DNA from: Octopus sinensis
Lineage: Eukaryota
Length of the DNA: 64,000 bases
Reading direction: 5' to 3'
Assembly (NCBI RefSeq): GCF_006345805.1
Contig: NC_043009.1
Location: 58,590,001 to 58,654,000, forward strand
Part shown: one piece after another, positions 14,307-26,957 of the stretch
Numbering within the stretch: the first letter of the stretch is position 1
Layout: every line of letters begins with the position of its first letter
Made by a program: the position numbers and the translations under genes
Notes under the pieces: model-generated
What the model was told of the DNA's origin: nothing
Seen by the model: only the letters and a program-made list of their open reading frames with translations
The model's database searches: none

Positions 14307-15407
14307 CCCCCCCCCACCCGCCAACTTTTCCATTGTATCCCATTTAACTTCATGGATGTGATTGTCTCCTCTTACGCCATTGCAGGCCAGATCACGCTGA
14401 CCGAAAGACCAACCTTGATTATTGAGAATCTGACATACACTTACATTGTGAACATGTCTTTATTCTCTATATAATTTGTAACCGATCACCTGTATATTTT
14501 ACCTGCCTGAAACGCCAGCTTACAATGGCGTGAACCACCAACTGTTTTATATTGACAAAAAGCTCTCAACATGTACTTTATTTTCATTTTCAAATACAAT
14601 TCTGTGTAAGTATGCATGTGTATATATATATATATATAAATACATGCACACACACACGAACGTATATGTTTGTGTGTATGTTGTATATATATGTATATAT
14701 ATGTGTGTGTTTATGTATGTATGTATTTACATGTTTGTGTTTCTGCGTTTATGTGTGTCCTGTGTGCTAAACTCTCTTTTGTGAATTACTGACGTTTGTA
14801 CAATATAAAGTCAAGATGTTATACAATAGATTTCTTGAGAATTTATAAATATGGTAAGAGATGAAGAAAAACACATTAAGAAAGAGACATAGAGAACAAA
14901 AAGGAGATAAAAGAAATTAAGTCAAAATGGAGAGAAATGGAAAAGAGAAGTTAAGGGGAGGAAGCATAAACAAAGAATAGAGAGGGAGATAATATAGGAG
15001 GAGAATTATTGAGAGGATAACTGAAAAAAACAAAACAGTGATAGGTTTGATCAAATATTTGATAGACATAGGCAGAGAAGGAGAGAGAAAGATGTTGGGT
15101 AGTAGGGAAAGAGAGAGGAGATGAGAAAAGGGGACGCTCAAGCGAGGGACAGAAGAAGAAAAAGTAAGAAGATGAGGAGAAAAAGAAGAGGAGACAGAGT
15201 GACTGAGAAGGAGGAGATGCTTGTAAAACATTGGTAGGGAGACAATGTGTTAAAACGATGTGATGAAGAGAGGTTCGGCTTTAAACAGTGAAAAAGAGAA
15301 ATAAAAGGAACTTGATAGGAAACGAGTATATAAGATGGAGACAGGAAGCTGGGGAGAACGAGAGAGTGAGGAATAGTACAAGAGAAAGAGAGGGAGAGAA
15401 GTGGAGA

Positions 15408-15450
<43 letters not shown>

Positions 15451-15646
15451 ATATATATATATGTATATGTATATACTTACACAACAAAAAAGAGAAGGAA
15501 AAAGACAGTGATATAGTCATATAGGGAGAAATGCATTGAAAACTCGAGTGAGGAGCAGACATCGCGATACACACTTTCATGTACATGAAGAAAAATCATT
15601 CAACTAGTAATAAAATGAGAGAGACAGAGCTAGCGAGTCACCTATA

Positions 15647-15677
<31 letters not shown>

Positions 15678-16150
15678 AAAGAGAGAAAGAGAGTGAGAGA
15701 AAGAGACAGAGTGAGAGAAAAGGAGAAAGTTGAGGTGAGAGTAAGGGAGACGAAATGGAAAAAGCATGGTGAGTTGAAGTATTATACATTTGTCATAAAA
15801 TCAAAATATTTCCGACATATTCATAGAATTTATAAAATGTTTAGAAATCTAAAGTGTTGACATCTTATTGATAGAACCGATGGTTGGTAATACCAGAAAA
15901 CGTCTTACAGAACCGCAGTAAATGTAGTAGGGTGTTTTAGGTTCATCCACCGTCGGTACAGGAACCAATAGTTGTGCTAAACTGCCGATTCTGTGGTTTT
16001 GTTTCTGTTTACTTCAAATCTATTTAAAATTCTTAGCTGGATCTTATAGACTGGATGCCTAAATGACGTACACAGTAGAAATTTAGATTCAGATGAATAT
16101 AGTACATAAGATAAGGCAACAGAATTTAGTGCGGTATTATCCATACAATT

Positions 16151-16493
16151 TCAAAATAAGCAACAAGGATATCCAGAGGTAATGCAGTACGATCGTTTCA
16201 TGCAACTCCATTTAATTCAACAATGCAACCATTTCATTACATCAATTTAAAAGTTAGAGTAATCTTCAGCTGTACAAAGACATAGAATTTAATTAAATTA
16301 GAAAAGAAGGACACATTAGTGTAATTTTACCTAAAATCTCCAAGGAGTTAAGGAGATAGACAAAGAACATGTTGTACCAACAATATCATAATTTTAAATT
16401 GATATAATGAAATGATTGCATTGTTGAATTAAATGGAGTCGCATGAAACGATAGTACTGCATTACCTCTAGATATCCTTGTTGCTTATTTTGA
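16151..16493. mobile_element. Foldback / MITE-like element with 102-bp inverted arms
   Basis: 16151-16252 is the reverse complement of 16392-16493 with 5 mismatches by manual alignment; no clear TSD. Confidence 0.75.
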
Positions 16494-16911
16494 TGATATA
16501 CACAGTAGCTAGATTAAGGAAGAGACCTAAGTGAGAGAAGTGGTTCGTCTCCTACCTCATTTTGGCTCTCTAGATACAGGTCAGACATTTAACCATGTAA
16601 AAAATAATGGCGGTGTGTGAGGGGGAATATGTAGCTCAATGCAAGAGTAAAGAGTAGTATAAAAAGCGTTGCCAGCCCTCGTATCGTGGTAAGTGATTGT
16701 TTAGTATAAACAATTGCTGCTTTAGTTATTTGTTTGTAAGTGTTGCTGAGTGCGAGGTTATATTTAAGTGCCACAATATACCAAGACTGAAATAATCGAC
16801 TCCCTTCTATCACACGCAGTCTAAAATGTTTCCATTATTAACAATGTTTCTCCAAGAGAGGATTTTCCGAGGCAACATCATATTTTTTTAACAAAACAGT
16901 TTTATGTTTCT

Positions 16912-17329
16912 TATTTATTTACGGCTCACAAGGGGCTACACACAGAGGGGCAAACAAGGACAGGCAAACGGACTAAGTCGATTATATCGACCCCAGTCCA
17001 TAACTGGTACTTATTTAATCGACCCCGAAAGGCTGAAAGGCAAAGTCGACCCCGGCGGAATTTGAACTGAGAACGTAGCGGCAGAAGAAATACCTATTTC
17101 TTTACTACCCACAAGGAGCTAAACACAGAGAGGACAAGGACAGACAGACAAATGGATTAAGTCGATTATATCGACCCCAGCGCGTAGCTGGTACTTATTT
17201 AATCGACCCCCCAAATGATGAAAGGCAAAGTTGACCTCGGCGGAAGTTGAACACAGAACGTAACGGCAGACGAAATACCGCTAAGCATTTCGCCCGACGT
17301 GCTAACGGTTCTGCCAGCTCGCCGCCTTG
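16912..17329 (-). mobile_element. SINE family A tandem dimer (full unit plus 5'-truncated unit) inside one 17-bp TSD
   Basis: aacagttttatgtttct at 16895-16911 and 17330-17346; the units are joined at GGTATTT (17088-17094). Confidence 0.9.
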
Positions 17330-18284
17330 AACAGTTTTATGTTTCTAGCCATGTAGTAAAGTACCTCAATGTAGTCATGAATGCCATATATTGTCTGTTC
17401 ACTCATGCGACAAGACATTATAGTTCTTCAAATTATGACATGTATGGCGTTAAGTTAACAAATACGAAAGACAGTTGTTGCAAAAATTTGTTGAAGTTTA
17501 TTTATGTCAACATTACTTTCTCAATGCAATTGTCAGTGTCGAAATCGGGACTTCCGTGAGTTTAGCAAGGAAAACCGCTGAGGACATTAGTTGTACTCCT
17601 AGGCTCTAAAAGTCTCAACTTTTCACAACTGAAATGCTTTCATCTGCTTCGCTATTACTCCGTTGGAAACCTTGTTATATTGTTTCCACACCCTATAAAA
17701 AGAGAAAAACAAATAACAACGTCCCTATACGAATGCACAAAACCCCTTGGTGCGTAATTTTCAAAAAAAATTAATATCTGCACGCTCTGCATTATGTGTC
17801 TTTTAAATATTTATTATGTTAAGGACTGAAATAAAAAAAAAAGTTTTATCGAAATTTCTAAGATTCTTTTAAAAGAATAAAATATCACAACACATACATT
17901 GAAACACTCAGAACGAATTCGCACCACTTCATATCTAAAATACCGCTGGAGTTTGAAGGATGATTTATACTAATGATATAGATCAATTGGTCCGTTACTC
18001 AATTTGTGGCCCCACTTCATCAATGGTTTCAAATTTATGCGATCTTTGTCTCTCAAAAATGTATAACATCATATTATAGCATTTTGCTTCATTTTAAAAT
18101 AAAAATTGGAATCGGTAAATAATTTCAGATAATTCCATCGGGAGTTATTCAGAAATTTGAGACTATAGGTTGACTAAGTTTATTTCCAACACATTGAGTT
18201 TCACATATCCTGAGATATGATCATATATTGACAAAAGTGCATTCAGTAATATATCAAGTTTTGGTACAAACTCTGGAATTTCGA

Positions 18285-18445
18285 AAGAGTCAATTACATC
18301 GACCCCAGTGCTCAGCTGCAATTAATTTTATCGACCATAAAAGAATGACAAGCCAAGTCGACCAGGGTATAATTTAAATTCAGGACGTAAATTGCACGAA
18401 ATGCTATGAAGCATTTTGCCCGGCGTGCTAACTATTCTGCTGTCT
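18285..18445 (-). mobile_element. SINE family A, old diverged copy
   Basis: gagtcaattacatcgaccccagtg...tgctatgaagcattttgcccggcgtgctaac. Confidence 0.7.
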
Positions 18446-20561
18446 TATCGCTTTAATACATTCAGTAAAATGTCAGCTGTAAAACGTTTTTAACAATAGT
18501 GGTCTCTCTTCAATTGATGTGTTTTACAAACACGATAGTTAATGCATGAAAAATATCCTGCATTTTGGCAAGTGAACAGGGGAATATTACACGTGTAGTT
18601 CGCGAGACAACTGAACAGATGATTGTGAGACATCTTTTCTTACAGCATTTTTTGTTGTTGTTTTTGTCTTTACAACTAATCAAATTTTGATGACAAATCG
18701 TATTTCGATTACGTTTAAGATTTTCTTCCTTTATAGATTATCACACTATTTCCCTAATTCTTTTGTCTGAATAATCGACAGCCTGAAAAATGGAGGAACG
18801 CTTCAATGAGTTTTTGTTTCGATAGTATAAAAAATATTGTGTTAAGAGGGCCAAGCGATTTAATTTCTGCCTTTGTAAATCTAAGAGTGCACCATCCATA
18901 CGTGTGTGCGAGTAATTTATGTGTGTATGTGTGTGTGTGAGTAATTTGTATGTGCGAGTTTGCGTATGAGTGAGTTGTGCATTGTGTATGAGTGTCTTTG
19001 CTTACGTGTTTTTCAGGAAAGTCAAGACACCAATTTTATGGAATCTCAAACACACGCCAGATATTTTCATTCAGTGGTTGTGTTCTCAAGCTCATTTGCA
19101 ACCAAGAAAGGCTACAACGTCAGCAGTTTTTTTCTTCTTGGCGACGGCTAATAACGGAAACGATAGAATATGTGACCGAAGTTATCATTCTTCGTTTGCT
19201 ATGGTGGTTGCATCGATCTGAAACAGATTATTACTTGGTTCTGATTCCTGTTTTTCTGATCACGAGAGCCGTTGACAGTGAGGTTACAATATTTCCGAAG
19301 GAAAGAGGGCGGACGCGGAAAAAGTCATAATATTCGATATGCAGCCCACAACACTCCTACGAGCCATACAAATACACACAAACATATATCTACAAACACA
19401 TACACTGTTGTATGCTCTATCTCTCTCACTTGTTGAGGATTGTAAGGTCGAAAACTGTCTGAAATGCTATATTCATATATATTGGGGATATTGAGGTCAT
19501 ACATGCACCTTTCTCTCTGTCTTTCTGTCTGCCTGTCTCTGTCTGTCTGTCTCTGTCTGTCTATCTCTCTCTCTCTCTTTCTCTCTCTCTCTTTCTCTCT
19601 CTCTCTTTCTCATGCTCTCTCTCTGTGCTTATTGTCTATTTCTTCCTCTCGCTACGTTGCTCTTTTCCTATATCTTTTTCTCCTTAGCTCTCTTACACTT
19701 GGTTAACTTTCTCTAAGATATGTAATAATGTTATGATAGATAATGTTTACATCGAGGTGAGGTTTGAAATGCAGATATACGTCTCTGTTCTCCCCCTCTC
19801 CGTTTCTCTCTCTACACCCCTCTCTCTGTCTGCATCTGCTCCTCTCTCTCTCTGTCTCATTCTGTCTTTTTCCGATTTGCCTCTCTTTCTCAATATTCTT
19901 CTGTTACTATTTCTACTAGTATCTTTTCCACATTTCCTCTCTTCAAGAAACAGTGCTAACTCACAGCACATATTTCACAAACAACACACTGTACTATCAG
20001 TACGACAGAAATGAGATAAAATTATTGAAATCTTGCTATATAGTTTGTCGAAAGAGAAAAACAAAATTTTTATAAATGCCAGAATGCAGACTTGATGTCT
20101 ATTCTGATATCGAGGATGGTAAAGTTATATAATAAAACCAACTTGAAGGTCATAAACTTGAAAATTTAGCCGAAAGAATGGCGAACTTTCGATTCAGCTT
20201 TAGAAATTGTAACCAATTGCAATCTGTAGTGCAAATGGTATATAAGCGATATATTATAATAATACTAATAGAAAGGACAATGGAAGGGTAGAATTAAACA
20301 CGGATGCAATATATATTCGTGGTATATATTTACGACCCTTTATGTTCTGAGTTTATATTCCCATTCAGATCAAAATATCTTTCTGGGGACGTCAAGATAA
20401 AAGCGAAAGGAAAATACTGCTATTAAAAATATACAAACGAGATACTTGTGACCCTAAACTATGCATTACAATTGATGTATAAGTGGCTTAAGCTGTTTTT
20501 GTTGTTGTTGTTGTTGCTCTTCTTCTTCTTGTCCTCATTATTTTTATTATTATTATTATTC

Positions 20562-21640
20562 AGTAGTTTTATTTTTATAGCGTGCTTTCACTTCACTACC
20601 GAGCGCAGCTCTGTGTGCCTTGGGTATGTGCTGTGATTTGTTGTGATGCTCTGATGGTTATTGTATGGAAAGTGTTCTGCGTAGGATGTGTGCAGTGCCT
20701 AGTAGTGCAATTTTCTGTATGTTATATGTGTTTGTAAGTCCTGGTGTTTTTGTTATGTATTTGTCTGAATATTTTTTTATCATGCCTAATGCACCTACTA
20801 TGATAGGAATTGTTTCTGTTTTCAGATTCCACATTCTAGTTACCTCTATTTCCAGGTCTTTGTATTTTGAGAGTTTCTCCATTTCTTTTAGAGACACGTT
20901 GTCATCAGCCGGTATTGATACATCAATTAGAAAGCATTTTTTTTCTTCATGATCTCTGACAACTATATCTGGTCTGTTGGCCTTAATTTCTCTATCTGTG
21001 TGTATCGGCATATCCCAGAGTTTGGTTGCTTTCTCGTTTTCTGTGACCTTTTCTGGTGTGTGCCTATACCATCTTTTTTCTGTTGTTATTCCATAATGTT
21101 GGCATAGCTTCCAATGTATGTAGGTTCCAACTCTGTCATGTCTGTGAATATATTCCTTCTTAGCCAAGACTGGGCAGCTAGAGATAATATGATTTATTGT
21201 TTGCAGTTACTTATTCTGCAGTTACTTGTAATATTTCTTTTCATTACATGTTTTTGGTAATTTCTGGTGGGGAGGCTTTGGTCTTGTGCTGCAATTAAAA
21301 ATCCCTCTGTTTCTGCTTTGAGTCCTGAGCTTCTCAACCATTGATGGGATTTTTCTTTGTCTATTTCTTTTGCGTTTAGTTTAGTGCAGTATTTACCATG
21401 AAGGGGCTTTTCTTGCCATCGTTTTATCATGGTTCGTTGCTGTTCTATTTTTAGTTTGCATTTCATTTGTTTTATAGCTTTTGTTGTTTCTTCATCTTCA
21501 TCTTCTTCTTCATGTTTATTAGGTGGTATGATTTCTTGTTTGTATTTGTCAGCTTCCTTAAATACTGAGAACAGTTTTTTGTTTTGCTCGTGTTTTGCCG
21601 CTATCTGGATCAGTTTTCCTTCCTTCTGAAGTAGATATTT
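20562..21640 (-). mobile_element. 5'-truncated R4/Dong-type non-LTR retrotransposon (restriction-like endonuclease C-terminus and 3' UTR)
   Basis: Frame 21640-21194 (…WQEKPLHGKY…LKAETEGFLIAAQDQSL…CRI), a frameshift, then HIISSCPVLAKKEYIHRHD…RPDIVV…LIDVSIP…EKLSKYKDL…LLGTAHILRRTL (21167-20658). These are the CCHC/RHD/PD..D..K motifs of RLE-class LINEs. (TAA)n lies on both sides. Confidence 0.9.
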
Positions 21641-21669
21641 TTTTTATTATTATTATTTTATTATTATTA

Positions 21670-21725
<56 letters not shown>

Positions 21726-21732
21726 ATATTAT

Positions 21733-21991
21733 CTTTTTTTTCTTCTTTCAAATTTGCTTCCATTTCTTGCCGAGTGTCTTCCCGACTCCTAGGGCAGAGA
21801 AACTCATAATATACATTGGTAGGCCATTAAACTCAACTCACTAGTTCGTTCATTTTTTCTTTTTTTAAAGTTAGATTAAAATACATGGGTAGTAATAGTT
21901 CTCACATCGACAATGCTCTTCTCAATACGTGTGATGTACCAGTTAAGACAATCTTTTGCACTTCTTGCAGGGATGGTAAGCCAGGGATCAT
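21733..21991 (-). mobile_element. Second R4/Dong-type family, last 29 codons plus 3' UTR
   Basis: IPGLPSLQEVQKIVLTGTSHVLRRALSM* is paralogous to the C-terminus of the 20658-21167 ORF, but the 3' UTR differs; followed by (TAA)n. Confidence 0.8.
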
Positions 21992-22147
<156 letters not shown>

Positions 22148-22656
22148 GAGTGAGACATAAGTACATGCAATGTAAGTGACACTAGGGTGAAATATACGAA
22201 GCCCACTATACTCATCATGACTATTTGTCTGATAAGGGTACACCAGGCACATGCATCACAACCATATATGCGCGACATGGTGATCTCATTTCAAGATTAC
22301 GAGCGCATGACCTTTAAGTTGGGGCCCCCTTATAATTTTTTTTCAGGTCGAGTAGCCCATCCTGCTAAAAAGGTGCCGGCATAAGGGTTGTTTAAGGATG
22401 GTGAACGAAACACCTGTGTTTCCAGAAGTGAATTATCGAAAAACCGAAAGATTTCCACTCAACACATGGTTATGATGCTCCCCTACTACTTTTGCTCGTG
22501 ATCAGAGATGCACACATCATCAGCCACCAAGGTTAAGGTGAAGCAGCTGACAAGCAAATCTGTGGTATTGAGCAGGATATTTGTGTAGCCCATTTTTATT
22601 CCAAGACAAAACAATGTACATGATAACACTTCCAGCCAATGAAGATCAGAAGCCAT

Positions 22657-22657
<1 letters not shown>

Positions 22658-22716
<59 letters not shown>

Positions 22717-22726
22717 TCCATCATCA

Positions 22727-22773
<47 letters not shown>

Positions 22774-22795
22774 ATTATTATTATTATAATTATTA
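22658..22795. repeat. (ATC)n-(ATT)n microsatellite
   Basis: Seen directly. Confidence 0.95.
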
Positions 22796-22814
22796 ACGTT
22801 ATTTTCATTATCAT

Positions 22815-22869
22815 CTTTCAATTCTGTTTTCATTTCTTGCCGAGTGTCTTTCTGACGCCTAGGGCAGAG
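22815..22869 (-). mobile_element. 3' tip of the second R4/Dong-type family
   Basis: catttcttgccgagtgtctttctgacgcctagggcagag closely matches 21761-21799. Confidence 0.75.
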
Positions 22870-22927
22870 TGTTATTATCATTATGATTATTATTATTATC
22901 ATTACGAATGTTATTTTTCTCCTCTTC

Positions 22928-22968
22928 CTTCAATTTAGTTACCATTTCTTATCGAGTGAGTTCCCAAC
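22928..22968 (-). mobile_element. Diverged 3' tip of the second R4/Dong-type family
   Basis: ccatttcttatcgagtgagttcccaac versus ccatttcttgccgagtgtcttcccgac at 21760-21786. Confidence 0.55.
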
Positions 22969-23051
22969 AGCCACTGCAAAAAAGAAAAAAAAAAGAAAAA
23001 ATCTGACTATATACATTAAAAGAAACACACCGAACTTTTTATTATTTATTA

Positions 23052-24020
23052 CTAGCAGGTCCCGTGAATATTTCATAGAATTAAACATAAACCTGCTGGA
23101 TTATTTATTCAGTATAATATTATTAATGGTAAACCTACTGGATTATTTATCCAGAAAACCTGAAAGCGTAGCCTGTGCCGTGTCTCTATGGAATGATTGT
23201 CCCTCATCTTCAACTCGCTGAAAAGTGAAATAAATTGGATCAGTATAAATACTTAATGCACTTTGTATATTTTATGCACAATTTTATAGACTTAATACAC
23301 AGCACTCATCAAATAAATATTCACTCTTATTTGTTCATTTACACAATAACCAAAAACAAAAGAAAAATATCTCATACATGTGATACAACCTTTAGTTAAA
23401 TTGCTTACATCTATCTCATAAATAAGCGTGAATATTTCACGGAATTGCACTTATGCGCATGTGTTAGATGATAAGTGATACGAAGTATTTAGTTTAATTA
23501 AAAACAAATACACATTCCACTATCCACGCACCACCACCTCCTCCACCACCATCATCATCATTTTCCACTCCTCCTCTTTCCTTCCTCTCTCCCCCTCTGC
23601 CTCTGCCTTTTCTAAACTCTCCATCGGAACATCAGCTCTCTACGAAAATTATATTTCTAACTCTCTTTCTCTATATCATTACCTTCAACTAATATTTTTA
23701 TCAGCGTAATAATTAATATGTTCGCCCTACCACACATTATGGACGCTCTTTTTCTCTCTCCCTCTTTCTGTTTCACTCTTTCTGCCTCACTCTCTCCGCC
23801 TTTCTCTCTCTCTCTCTCTTTCTTCTCCCTCTTTTCCTCTTTCCTTTTTCTTTCTCCTCTCTTTCCCTTCAACTAATCACTTGAAAGCCTTACCATGCCA
23901 TTCCCTCTTCCTCGCGTCATGGACGCTTCTTTCTGTTTCTGCCTTCCTCTTTTACTCTGATCACGTGAAAGCGTTACCAACGGGATGAGTAACGTAACGA
24001 CAAGCAGAATTATTATAAGA
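23052..24020 (-). mobile_element. Non-autonomous Helitron-like element
   Basis: On the minus strand A|TCTTATAAT … CTAG|T, no TSD, and a decayed hairpin at 23061-23078 about 9 nt from the 3' end. Confidence 0.7.
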
Positions 24021-24039
24021 TTACAAAATGCTTAGGCAG

Positions 24040-24420
24040 ATTTCTTCCGCTGTTACGTACAGATTTCAAATTCTATGGAGGTCACTTTTGACTTTGATCC
24101 GTTAAAGTTCGATAAAATAGGACGCATTGAGCTATTGTGTTATCGACTTGGCTCTCCACAAAAAATTTCAGGCCTTGTGCCTATTGTAGAATAACTTTTT
24201 TGTATTATTCTATAGGCGGATAGGTGGCAGGGTCGTTAGCGAATCGGACAGAATGCCTGGCGGCATGTCTTCTGGTTCTGCACGTTCCGAGCTCAAATCC
24301 GCCGATAAAATAAAGTACCAAATCCCGTCGATAAAATAAAGTACCAGTCAGGTAGTGGGGGTTGTCGACGTAACCAACATGTTCCTCCTTTCAAATTCGT
24401 GGCTTTGTGCAAAATTTTGA
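24040..24420 (+). mobile_element. Two adjacent diverged SINE family A (tail 2) copies
   Basis: Recognisable B box/core and tail aaatttcaggccttgtgcctattgtagaa; the second copy has an internal duplication cgataaaataaagtacca (24303-24320, 24329-24346). Confidence 0.65.
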
Positions 24421-24437
24421 ATGCATTATTATTATTA

Positions 24438-24481
<44 letters not shown>

Positions 24482-24677
24482 GTAGTAGTAGTTCATGTTA
24501 TTGTAGATGTTGTTGTTGTTATTGCTGTTGTTTTTCTTCTTGTATTAGAAGCGAAGTAGATTTCATGCCATTACAGCAACGTTGTAGGAAATAGCAGTAA
24601 CAACAAAAAATGGCAATATCACCATTTTAGCTAAGATATCTTAGAGGTAGCACTAATAGTAGCAACGTTAGTATCAG

Positions 24678-24679
<2 letters not shown>

Positions 24680-24713
<34 letters not shown>

Positions 24714-24856
24714 CTCCACTACTACTACTACTACTACTACCTCCACTACTACTACTACTACTTCTACTTCTACTACTACTACTACTACTACTGCTGCTGC
24801 TACTACTACTACTACTACCACTACTCCTCCTCCTTCTACTACTACTACTACTACCT

Positions 24857-24890
<34 letters not shown>
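24680..24890. repeat. (ACT)n microsatellite, imperfect
   Basis: Seen directly. Confidence 0.95.
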
Positions 24891-24892
<2 letters not shown>

Positions 24893-25262
24893 GATAATGC
24901 AACAGTAATGTCAACAGCAGAAACAGTATCAATTTTAGTAAAATGCACAGCAGCAGCAGCAGCAGTCACAGTCGCCATGGCAGCGGTATGAAACAACTTC
25001 ATTACCCACAACAAGCATTTTATCGTTTTGTAAACACGTAAACAACTATAATGAAGCAATGAAATGAAATCTGCGCAGCAGCAGCATCAGCAGTAAGGAC
25101 AGCAGCAGCAGCTGTGTTCCAAAAGAGACCAATAATATAGAAGAGTGAAATTATCAAGAGATATATCTCTATTCTCCATCTTTGCGACAGAACAAGATAC
25201 AGATGACAGGTGGAAGCTAGAACAGTGAACAACAGACGACTATATAAATATGCATACAAAGA

Positions 25263-25341
<79 letters not shown>

Positions 25342-25807
25342 ATATATATATATATATATATATTATATTAAATTAGAGACAAAACCACTATTAGGCAAAT
25401 CAAACAATGAAAAACTTAAGCCAATACATATGATTAATTTATATTATATTATTTATATTATATTATTTAAATAGGTAACAAAATTATAAAAAAATATAAT
25501 TAATATCACACTAATAAGAGTGAAAAATTGAATATTGATTTAATGTCAACTTAAAACCAGTGGCCTAGCATATTGAAAGATCTGAAGATTCAGAAAAATT
25601 ATATTGCATATATATAAGTGGGAAAACCACTAAGTGGACATCCATTATGCAAGATGTAGACACCATAGACTCTGACCACTGAGAAAAGATTGTTCTGAAG
25701 AAAATGTAGCAAACGCCAGAACGTAAGCGAGCAAGACAAATGAAACGATACAAAATATTTGTATCTCTTAAATATACATACATATATAATATATATATAT
25801 GTGTGTG

Positions 25808-25845
<38 letters not shown>

Positions 25846-25850
25846 GTATA

Positions 25851-25892
<42 letters not shown>

Positions 25893-25935
25893 GTATATAT
25901 ATATATATGTATATATGTATATATATATGTATATG

Positions 25936-25966
<31 letters not shown>

Positions 25967-26088
25967 TATATGTATATATATATGTATATATATATATACT
26001 ATATATATATATATATTATATATATATATATATATACATATATACATATATATACATATATATATATATACATATATACATATATATA

Positions 26089-26378
26089 TTTTCATTCATA
26101 CTTTAATTATTTAAAATTATTATTTTTATATTTTAAAATATTGATTTTTTAGATTGGAAGTCCACCTGAAGATTGTCGATCAAGACAAGAAACGATAGTA
26201 GTGGCGGTTTTTTTGACTATTTATTAAAATTTTATGTATTGATTAAGTCTTTCCTTGTTTGTTTTGCAAAATAGTGGTTTTGTCTCGAATAATATTTTAT
26301 AATATTTTACTATAAAATCGATTTAATCCTAAATCTGATTTTTTCCCTGTAAATTTGGATTTATTCCCTAATATTTAT

Positions 26379-26382
<4 letters not shown>
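26089..26382 (+). mobile_element. AT-rich PLE pseudo-LTR-like element carrying a hammerhead motif
   Basis: Inserted between (TA)n runs, contains the 26162-26204 hammerhead, and shares an inverted related segment with 25376-25435. PLE origin is inferred. Confidence 0.55.
26162..26204 (+). ncRNA. Minimal type I hammerhead ribozyme motif (GUA cleavage site after 26200)
   Basis: CCAC-CUGAAGA-UUGUC-gaucaa-GACAA-GAA-AC-gaua-GU-A-GUGG: complete core and all three stems pair. Confidence 0.8.
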
Positions 26383-26414
<32 letters not shown>

Positions 26415-26416
26415 GT

Positions 26417-26600
26417 GGAGGCGCAATTGCCCAGTGGTTAGGAGAGCGGACTCGCCGTCGTAAGATCGCAGTTTCGATTCCCAGACCGGGCGTTGCGGCT
26501 GTTTATTGAGCGAAAATATCTAAAGCTGCATGAGTCTCTGCCAGGTGTGAGGATGTACGGCAAACCCTGCAATACTCTTTCATCACAACTTTCTCTCACT
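26417..26600 (+). mobile_element. tRNA-derived SINE family B
   Basis: ggaggcgcaattgcccagtggttagg (A-box-like) … gtttcgattcccagaccgggcg (B-box-like); homologous to 2862-2971. Confidence 0.8.
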
Positions 26601-26697
26601 CTTTCTGTATTGTTTATAATCTATGCCTGTTCTTTTGGGGCGGGGTTACGAAATAAGCTACGCAAAACATGTTTTTGAATTACGGGTATTTAATATA

Positions 26698-26730
<33 letters not shown>

Positions 26731-26864
26731 GTGTGTGTGTGTGTATGTGTGTGTGTGTACATATATATAAGTACATGGGTTGAAAACTTTCTTCTGACAT
26801 TTCACTTACCGTGTATGATCCATGTTGGCATGGAATGGAGCATTATTAATGTAGAAAATTGGTA

Positions 26865-26957
26865 TCTCAACTACTAGTAGTTGAGACCTGCGTAATCTAG
26901 TTGGCGTTTTAAAATTTCATTATTCTCTTAACCCGGGCAACGCCGGGTATTTCTGTT

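Noticed and set aside
19019-19330. tttttcag acceptor-like site followed by three open frames
   Set aside because: No recognisable peptide, no convincing donor, and stop-free stretches of this length occur by chance.
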